Part shown: one piece after another, positions 57,558-64,000 of the stretch
How positions within the stretch are numbered: position 1 is the stretch's first letter
Layout of the letters: the number at the start of each line of letters is the position of its first letter
Source: Planctomycetota bacterium
GTDB taxonomy: Bacteria > Planctomycetota > UBA1135 > UBA2386
Direction: 5' to 3'
Assembly: GCA_039815565.1 (NCBI GenBank)
Contig: JBCBZB010000009.1
Location: forward strand, 21,461 to 85,460
Length of the DNA: 64,000 bases
Program-made: the position numbers and the translations under genes
Notes under the pieces: generated by a model
Seen by the model: only the letters and a program-made list of their open reading frames with translations
Database searches by the model: none
Told to the model about the DNA's origin: nothing

Positions 57558-58934
57558 ATGCAGGGGAAGGCACGAACCGATGGGAGCGACCACTTGACAC
57601 CAGGGGACGACAACTTCGTCATCAAGTACTTCGACCTCATCGACGCGTTCTTGCGCGTCCGGTGCTGCAACGAAGAACAGCTCTCGAAACTGCTCGAAGA
57701 GCCGGTCACGGACAAGTCCAGCTACCGCAAGGGCATCGTCCAGACCTGCCTCAGCGAGTCGCATGAGGAGATCTCCCGAGCCGTGGCAGATCTCGGTGAG
57801 CACTACGATGCCTCGGTCATCGAGGAGCTGCTCTACCAGATCTGCATCGACGTGAATCCCGGCCTCGAGATTCATCAGGTCAGCCTGCCGACAGGGACCG
57901 AGCAGGAGCAGGGCGGCGAGAACCCGGCCGAGTCCGGAGTCCCCGAGGGACTCGATCTCGAACGCGCGGAGCGGATCGAGCAACAGCTTCTGCGCCAGGT
58001 CGTCGGACAAGACGATGCCGTGTGCACGCTGGCCAAGGCCGTCAAGAAGGCCGCAGTCGGTTTGAAACGACCGCACTCCCCGATCGGCACGTTCCTCTTG
58101 GTCGGGCGCACGGGCACCGGCAAGACCGAGCTCGCAAAGGCACTCGCCAACGCGATGTACGACGAACCCGGGCACCTGGTCCGCGTCGACTGCTCGGAAT
58201 ACGCCCTGCCTCACGAGTACGCCAAGCTGATCGGCTCGCCCCCGGGCTACATCGGTCACAACGAGGGCGGCTACCTGACCGAATCGGTGCGCAAGCAACC
58301 GAACTCCGTGGTCCTCTTCGACGAGATCGAGAAGGCCCACGAGAAGGTCCACAACCTCCTGCTGCAGGTCCTCGACGAGGGCGTGCTCAGCGACAGCAAA
58401 GGGCAGCGTGTCTCGTTCGCCGATTCTGTCGTGATCCTGACCAGCAACCTCGGCGTCGACAAGCTCGACGCGTTGCGCTCGCGGGTCGGCTTCACTCCGC
58501 AGGGCGGCCCGTCGATCGAAGATCGCGACCTCCGCGAGACCACGATCGAGGCGCTGAAGGAGAAGTTTCGCCCCGAGTTCGTCAACCGCATCGACGAAGT
58601 CGTGATGTTCAAGAACCTGGACGTCAGCGTCTGCGCGCGTATCGCGCACAAGATGCTGCGCGAAGTCCAGGATCTGCTCGCGCGCCGCGGCCTCGGCGTG
58701 ACGTTCTCTCCGAGCCTGAAACACCGCCTCGCCAAGGACGGCTTCAATGAGGACTATGGCGCTCGCGAACTCCGCCGCTTGATCAAGCGCGAGATCGAAG
58801 ACCCGCTCACCGACTTGATCCTGCACGAGCGCCTCGGCGCCGGCGACAAGATCAAGGTCCGCCAGCGCGGCGGTATTCCGAGCTTCACCGTCGAAGAGCG
58901 CGCCGGCGCGCCGAAGACCGTTTCGGTCGTCTGA
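57558..58934 (+). CDS. Clp/Hsp100 ATPase with only the second AAA+ (D2) module and an unrecognised N-terminal domain
   Basis: VVGQD, GRTGTGKT, GSPPGYIG, FDEIEKAH, TSN, VGF, RPEFVNRID, GARELRR; start may be TTG 57594. Confidence 0.88.
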   Translation: MQGKARTDGSDHLTPGDDNFVIKYFDLIDAFLRVRCCNEEQLSKLLEEPVTDKSSYRKGIVQTCLSESHEEISRAVADLGEHYDASVIEELLYQICIDVNPGLEIHQVSLPTGTEQEQGGENPAESGVPEGLDLERAERIEQQLLRQVVGQDDAVCTLAKAVKKAAVGLKRPHSPIGTFLLVGRTGTGKTELAKALANAMYDEPGHLVRVDCSEYALPHEYAKLIGSPPGYIGHNEGGYLTESVRKQPNSVVLFDEIEKAHEKVHNLLLQVLDEGVLSDSKGQRVSFADSVVILTSNLGVDKLDALRSRVGFTPQGGPSIEDRDLRETTIEALKEKFRPEFVNRIDEVVMFKNLDVSVCARIAHKMLREVQDLLARRGLGVTFSPSLKHRLAKDGFNEDYGARELRRLIKREIEDPLTDLILHERLGAGDKIKVRQRGGIPSFTVEERAGAPKTVSVV

Positions 58935-59069
58935 CTAACGCCCGCGAGGACGCGCCCGCTTGCCGCAGGGACATCTGCGACGGGCGGCGAGCAGGACCGG
59001 GACCTAGGCCGGAACACAGACTGAGTTCTGTCGGTTACCGCCAGCTTGCCGGAGAGTAGGGCCCCACGG

Positions 59070-59612
59070 ATGACGCGCTCTCTCCGAGTCGGAACGATCT
59101 TAGCCCCCTGGCTCCTCTGGGGGTGCTGCGCGTGTCCTGATGAAGGCGAACAAGCCTCCGCGGGGACGACCGAGCCGGCGTGGACCGGGGCTGTCGAGGT
59201 CCGTGAGTTCGAGGCTGCAGCGGGTTTCACGACGGTCTACCAGTTCTCCGACAACCGGATCCGCGTGCTGGTGGAGAACGACTTCAGCCTGCCCACCAAG
59301 CAGCTTCTCGACAGTGCGCTCGACCCAACACTCCTAGCCCTGCTTCACCGGCGACTGCTGGACCTGCCGCGCGACCGCCTCCACGCCACTTACGAGGAAC
59401 CTGGAGTTCTGGACGGCTCACGACTGATCGTCACGATCTCCGAGCCAGGAGAGGAGCCCTGGACCGTGAGCACCTGGAACAAGTTCGTCCCCGAGCTTCT
59501 CCCACTGCTCGACGCACTCGACCTCACCGTCCCCCACGCGCTCCGAACCGACTTCGGGAGCTGGGACCCGGAGGACTGGAGCAACGACTGGAACGACGAT
59601 TGGGACGGCTGA
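59070..59612 (+). CDS. Hypothetical lipoprotein
   Basis: LWGC lipobox-like; Y...VLDG motif; W/D-rich tail. Confidence 0.65.
   Translation: MTRSLRVGTILAPWLLWGCCACPDEGEQASAGTTEPAWTGAVEVREFEAAAGFTTVYQFSDNRIRVLVENDFSLPTKQLLDSALDPTLLALLHRRLLDLPRDRLHATYEEPGVLDGSRLIVTISEPGEEPWTVSTWNKFVPELLPLLDALDLTVPHALRTDFGSWDPEDWSNDWNDDWDG
59574..59609 (+). repeat. Degenerate 12-bp repeat encoding (DWxx)3
   Basis: GACTGGAGCAAC/GACTGGAACGAC/GATTGGGACGGC. Confidence 0.6.
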
Positions 59613-59640
59613 GGGTCCGCGTCGCGTGAGGAAACCCACT

Positions 59641-60465
59641 TCAGCGCGCGAGAAGTCGGAACGCCGCAGCCTCGGCTTTCAGCGCCTCAAGGTGACACGC
59701 GCAGATCTTCGGCGCGGCACCTGACTCAAGCTGGGCCGTAGCAACACGTCGATCGAACTCGTCGAGCAAGGCATCGATCGTGCCTTGCTCCGCGCCGCGC
59801 TCGATCTCGCACTCCGCGAGGTAGAGCGGGTTCTCGGCACGTTCGGGGAACTCCTCGTAGGCCTTCCGCAAGTGGAACTCCGCTCGCCGAATCGATCCGA
59901 CTCCCGTCGGCGCGCCCGGCGAGCGCAGGTACAACAGGCCGAGGACACGATCGGGACCGCCCTCGTCGAAGCTCGGATCGAGCTTCCGGGCCGTTCGTGC
60001 GTCCTCGCGAATCTTGTCCATCGCGTCCAAGCCGTAGCTCTGGTTCTCCTGCGCGAAGAGCCCGGTCGCGATCGCCCGGTAGTAGAAGCCCTCGACCCGA
60101 TCGGCATCGAGCTGCACGGCCGTGTTCGCCAGAACGATGACGCGCTCCGCGCTCGAGCTTCGCAACTCCTCCTCCTCGGTGAACTGCGCGAGCCAAAGGC
60201 CGCAGACCGAAGCGAACACCAGCCCGTCGTAGCGATCCGGATGTTCGAGTCGCGCGACCGAACTCGACATCTCGAAGGCCTCACTCACCGAACCGACCGT
60301 TCGCGGAAGCTCCGCGAACCGCTCACGAGCCGCACTCAGTAGCTGCGCTCGATCTGTTTCGAGACCTGGGCCGACCGGTGCATCGGGCAAGACTTCTTCG
60401 GTAACCGTTCGACATCCGCCGGGCAGAGCGACCGCGCAAAGGACCAGCTGTTCAACGACGCGCAT
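59641..60465 (-). CDS. TPR lipoprotein, BstC/TatT-like
   Basis: Lipobox-like PGGC; EGFYYRAIATG, LDPSFDEGGPDRVLGLLYLRSPG.P.GVG, ENPLYLAE. Confidence 0.7.
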   Translation of the reverse strand: MRVVEQLVLCAVALPGGCRTVTEEVLPDAPVGPGLETDRAQLLSAARERFAELPRTVGSVSEAFEMSSSVARLEHPDRYDGLVFASVCGLWLAQFTEEEELRSSSAERVIVLANTAVQLDADRVEGFYYRAIATGLFAQENQSYGLDAMDKIREDARTARKLDPSFDEGGPDRVLGLLYLRSPGAPTGVGSIRRAEFHLRKAYEEFPERAENPLYLAECEIERGAEQGTIDALLDEFDRRVATAQLESGAAPKICACHLEALKAEAAAFRLLAR

Positions 60466-61462
60466 CGCCGCCTTCCCCGTTGCGCTCCCGAGCATCCGCC
60501 GCCTTGGACCGATCATGGCGGTCGATGGTCGCTTCCAGTCGTTCGCGATCGAGCTCGACCAGACCGTCGGCCTTCATCTGCGCGGTCAGCTCTTGGCCGT
60601 CCTCGCAATCCAGCAACGCTTGGAGTTGGAGACGCAGGTTCTCACCGACATCGTCTCGAAAGCCTTCGCCAACCGTCAGGAGCAATCCCTGCGGTACGGG
60701 CTCGGACTCCCACACGACGCGGAGCTCGGGCCACACGAAGTCATCGTCCTCGAGCAGCTTCCTGGTCTCGAGGTCGAAGAGCAGGCCATCGGGAACCTCA
60801 TCGCCCCCGCCTTCGACCAGCTCGAACACCTCGTCTGAGAGGTTCTCGCAGGTGCGCACACGCAAGAACTCCGGCGCGCGCTTGCCGAGTGGCAGAACGA
60901 CGTGGCGAAGCCAGTCCTGCGAGATCGTCTTCGGTGTGGCGAGCTCCAACCCCTCGAGGTCGTCGAGCGACTGCGACTCCGAGTCCTTAGCAACCGCAAC
61001 GAAGTAGCGCTCGCCGCTCGCGCCGAACCGTTGCACCTCGCCGATTGGACGGGCATGCAGTCGAGCCTCCGACGGCTCGCCAGGCTCGTCGCCCTCGATC
61101 GGAGGATCCCGAAGATCAGACACAAACACCGAGGCCGGAGTGAAGACGAGGTCCGCGCCGGAAGCCCGAATGAATTCACGCAGGCCCTCGGTACGGTTCA
61201 CGAGGCGGACACGAACGTCCTTCCCACGAGCCATCGGTAACTCCTCGCCCAGGAGTTTCTCGAAGGCCGCGAGAAACTCCGCCGCCCGCTCTTCGGTCGC
61301 CGCGGCATCCCCTGGACGCACCAGAAGCACCACGAGCTCGTCTCCTATCGGGTCCTTCACCCCTTCGCCGTCCTGGGCCGCAGCCTTGGGCCCGAGTCCC
61401 AGCAGGCAGAGTCCGAGGACGGCCGCAGCCTTGGGAGAGAGCAGAGTTGGTCGATTCGTCAT
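60452..61462 (-). CDS. Periplasmic solute-binding protein, PhnD/BstB-like
   Basis: Signal peptide; YFVAVAKDS..SLDDLEG, LRVVWESEPVP type II SBP pattern. Confidence 0.7.
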   Translation of the reverse strand: MTNRPTLLSPKAAAVLGLCLLGLGPKAAAQDGEGVKDPIGDELVVLLVRPGDAAATEERAAEFLAAFEKLLGEELPMARGKDVRVRLVNRTEGLREFIRASGADLVFTPASVFVSDLRDPPIEGDEPGEPSEARLHARPIGEVQRFGASGERYFVAVAKDSESQSLDDLEGLELATPKTISQDWLRHVVLPLGKRAPEFLRVRTCENLSDEVFELVEGGGDEVPDGLLFDLETRKLLEDDDFVWPELRVVWESEPVPQGLLLTVGEGFRDDVGENLRLQLQALLDCEDGQELTAQMKADGLVELDRERLEATIDRHDRSKAADARERNGEGGDARR

Positions 61463-61485
61463 CTCGGTGTTCGCCTTCTCGGAAA

Positions 61486-64000
61486 TCAGGCTTCGACCCC
61501 ACCACTACACACGTCGTGCCGCGGATGCGCCAGACGAAGCGCGGCCGGGAGGATCAGCAAGCTCGTCACCAGCAGCCACCCGATACCGATGCTCAGGACG
61601 ACCCCGAGGCTCCGAACTCCCAGGTGATCGCTGAGTGTCAACACGAAGAAGCCGATCCAAGTCGTCAGCCCACTCAGCAGCACCGCACGACGTGCACACC
61701 GATACACCGCCGGGCTGCGCACCCAGGCTTCGGTCAAGTGGATGCCGGCATCGACCCCGACACCGATCAGCACCGACAGCGCGAAGAAGTTGCCGAAGTT
61801 CCATTCGATCGGCCAGAGCTCCATCGTCAGCAGTAGGAACCCGAACGCACTGAGCAGCGGCACGATGCTGAGCAACGCACGTTTCACGGATCGACAGCCG
61901 ACCATCGTCACCAGTGCCACGGTGATCAGTGCGTAGAGGGCGCCTCGACGAGACGCATCGATCATCTGAAGCGAGTTGTGATGCAGGTTGACGATCCCGT
62001 CGAAGACCTGCGGTTCGATCTCACGAACGCCCTCGACGAAACGCTCCCGGCCCTCTCGCCCCCAGGTATCGAACGCCGGCACGATCTGCATCGAGAACCG
62101 GCCATCGTCGCTGAGGAATCGGTCCCGCAGCGCTCGTGGAATCCGGCCAGGATCGAACTCCGGAGGGTCCACCAAGACTTGCAGATTGGCGACGAGATCG
62201 GTCAACCGCGCCTCGACGGCTCGTTGCAGGGACTCCAACCGGGCGGCGACATCCACCGGTTTCGAGTCGCGCAGGCCGTTCAAGACCTCGAACAATCGAT
62301 CGACCGCGTCCAGCAACGGCTGCAGCTCCTCGCGGGCCTGTCCGTTCCGTTCGGCCGTCCGACGAAGGAGCGAACGCAGCCGAAAGACCGACCGCCGGAC
62401 CGAACGAAGTTCAGGCACCTCCGCGGTCGAGACGGACACTCCCCGCAGCTGTGAGGCCACTGGCTGCAATCGCCGGCGCCGCGTGGCCTCGTCCCTTGGA
62501 ATCGCGGAGTAGGTCGATCGAACGAGATCGGGGCGCGACTCGAGTGACCCGCGGGCGCTCTCGAGGCTCTCGCGATCCTCGAAGACAGCACGTGCAAACT
62601 GCGTGCGATCATCGAAGCGAGCGATCGTCTTCAACCACTGAGCCGCCTCGCCGTTCGACGGCTGCATCGCCAAGAGATTCGTATCGAAGGTGGTCTGCCC
62701 CGAGGTGAACCCGAGCACCGTCATCACGACTGCGACCACGCAGACCGCGAGCGAAGTGAGAGACTTCCTCACCCGCACCGACTCAGACTCGGCTCGGACC
62801 GGTGCGGTCGACCCGGACTCTGACGCGGGCCGCCCGACGAGAGGCCGCCCGACCTTCACCCGTCGCCGATCGATCAGCAGCAGCATCGCCGGGTAGACGT
62901 AGAGCATCACCGGCAAACAGGTGAAGAGTCCGATGCCGGCGATGAGCCCGAGTTCCGAAAGCCCCGGAGCCTTGGTCATCGCCACCGCGAAGAACGCGAA
63001 GGCGGTCGTCAGGCCTCCGAGCCACAGCGCCGGACCGACCTGCCGCAGAGTCCCCTGGACGGCTTGATCCGGGCTGCGCTCCTCCTCGAGCTCGCGCTCG
63101 TAGTGAGTCGTGACATGGATCGCGAAATCGATCCCGAGCGCAACGAGGACGACCGCGAAAACTGTCGCGATCAGGTTCAGGTAGCCGATGACCAGGTAGG
63201 CGAGGAGGAAGGTGATCCCGATCGAGAGGCCGAGGCAGAGCGCCGCGAGTATCGGACGTCGTAGCGACCGGAACGCCTGAATGAACAGCAGCGAGACGAG
63301 GACCAGTGCGATCACGGCCCCACGGCCAAAGTCACGCTGCGAGATCTCGATCTCTTCGGCCTCGAGCGCAGGCAGTCCCACCAACCCGGCCTGGAACCCC
63401 CCGCCGTTCTCCGCGACGACCTCGGCGAGGACTTTGCGAGCTCTCGCGACGGCCCGCCCGTGGAGGTTCTGCGCTCCGGCATCACCGACGACCGAGATCG
63501 GCAAGACCGCGATTCGACCGGAGTCGAGGAACGTGAATCCCTCCGCGTCAGTCTCGCCGACACGGATCGCAGGCGTCAGATCCGGCAACCACTCCTCGTG
63601 CCGGGAGTCCGCCGCCGCGATGTCCTGTAGTCGCTCCGAGACGCCCTGAAGTGTTCGGGACACCAGTCGCACGCCGAGCGTGACCGCGGACTCGTAGGCG
63701 TCCTCGAGACTCGAACCGCCCCCTTCGATCTGCTCCTCGAGCGCCGCAGTGACCCGCGCGAGCACTGCATCGAGCGCCGGGTCGGCGGCGTGCTCCACCA
63801 ACGACGGGACCAGTCGATCCAAGAGATCGGCGACTTGCTCAAAGTCCTCGGGCTCGGTGAAGAAGACCGCGAGCTCCCCGGACTCGACGGGCTCGGCTTC
63901 GGTCGCCGCCCGTGGGAACCACTGCTCGTTCTCCGCGAGCCGGCGAGCGACCTCGCGCAGGATCCACTTCATCTCGAGCCGCTGATCGAGCGACGGCTCC
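61486..64000 (-). CDS. MMPL/RND family lipid transporter (HpnN/BstA-like), 5' truncated by window
   Basis: Two TM blocks with LGIDFAIH and GVGVDAGIH; GGLTTAFAF, SGLTTWIGF, H.GVRSLG; frame open to the window edge. Confidence 0.9.
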   Translation of the reverse strand, partial: EPSLDQRLEMKWILREVARRLAENEQWFPRAATEAEPVESGELAVFFTEPEDFEQVADLLDRLVPSLVEHAADPALDAVLARVTAALEEQIEGGGSSLEDAYESAVTLGVRLVSRTLQGVSERLQDIAAADSRHEEWLPDLTPAIRVGETDAEGFTFLDSGRIAVLPISVVGDAGAQNLHGRAVARARKVLAEVVAENGGGFQAGLVGLPALEAEEIEISQRDFGRGAVIALVLVSLLFIQAFRSLRRPILAALCLGLSIGITFLLAYLVIGYLNLIATVFAVVLVALGIDFAIHVTTHYERELEEERSPDQAVQGTLRQVGPALWLGGLTTAFAFFAVAMTKAPGLSELGLIAGIGLFTCLPVMLYVYPAMLLLIDRRRVKVGRPLVGRPASESGSTAPVRAESESVRVRKSLTSLAVCVVAVVMTVLGFTSGQTTFDTNLLAMQPSNGEAAQWLKTIARFDDRTQFARAVFEDRESLESARGSLESRPDLVRSTYSAIPRDEATRRRRLQPVASQLRGVSVSTAEVPELRSVRRSVFRLRSLLRRTAERNGQAREELQPLLDAVDRLFEVLNGLRDSKPVDVAARLESLQRAVEARLTDLVANLQVLVDPPEFDPGRIPRALRDRFLSDDGRFSMQIVPAFDTWGREGRERFVEGVREIEPQVFDGIVNLHHNSLQMIDASRRGALYALITVALVTMVGCRSVKRALLSIVPLLSAFGFLLLTMELWPIEWNFGNFFALSVLIGVGVDAGIHLTEAWVRSPAVYRCARRAVLLSGLTTWIGFFVLTLSDHLGVRSLGVVLSIGIGWLLVTSLLILPAALRLAHPRHDVCSGGVEA

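Noticed and set aside
1-64000. CRISPR arrays, rRNA, prophage, IS elements
   Set aside because: No regularly spaced repeats, rRNA-like tracts, or capsid, terminase or transposase motifs were seen by eye

Overview
GC-rich, densely coding bacterial chromosomal segment; gene content (Tat-exported Gfo/Idh/MocA paralogues, FGE-sulfatase protein, HEAT-VWA protein, FG-GAP protein, Hanks kinase, CcsBA fusion) suggests Planctomycetota (inference). It carries about 46 CDSs and one tRNA-Glu(TTC) with promoter and terminator. I saw no CRISPR array, integrase or transposase. Best candidates for under-described systems: (1) a ~19 kb type IV filament/T2SS-like operon (FHA membrane protein, PilM-PilN fusion, PilO-like, TPR, five prepilins including a 1812-aa GspK-like giant with repeated phage-structural-like modules, Zn-finger protein, PPIase) with no ATPase, platform or secretin in the window; (2) an ECF sigma/anti-sigma pair followed by a HemN-like radical SAM-MFS-DUF418 operon, both preceded by the same motif GATT-N3-GCAA-N15-CGGACAT; (3) an MMPL + solute-binding protein + TPR lipoprotein trio arranged like the sterol transporter BstABC; (4) a single-AAA+ (D2-only) Clp ATPase with a VGF ClpP-docking loop, divergent from a kinase-YkgJ-HEAT/VWA operon; (5) a membrane-anchored RNase-toxin-like gene with a coupled putative immunity gene. 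All family calls come from motif reading by eye; no database search was run.
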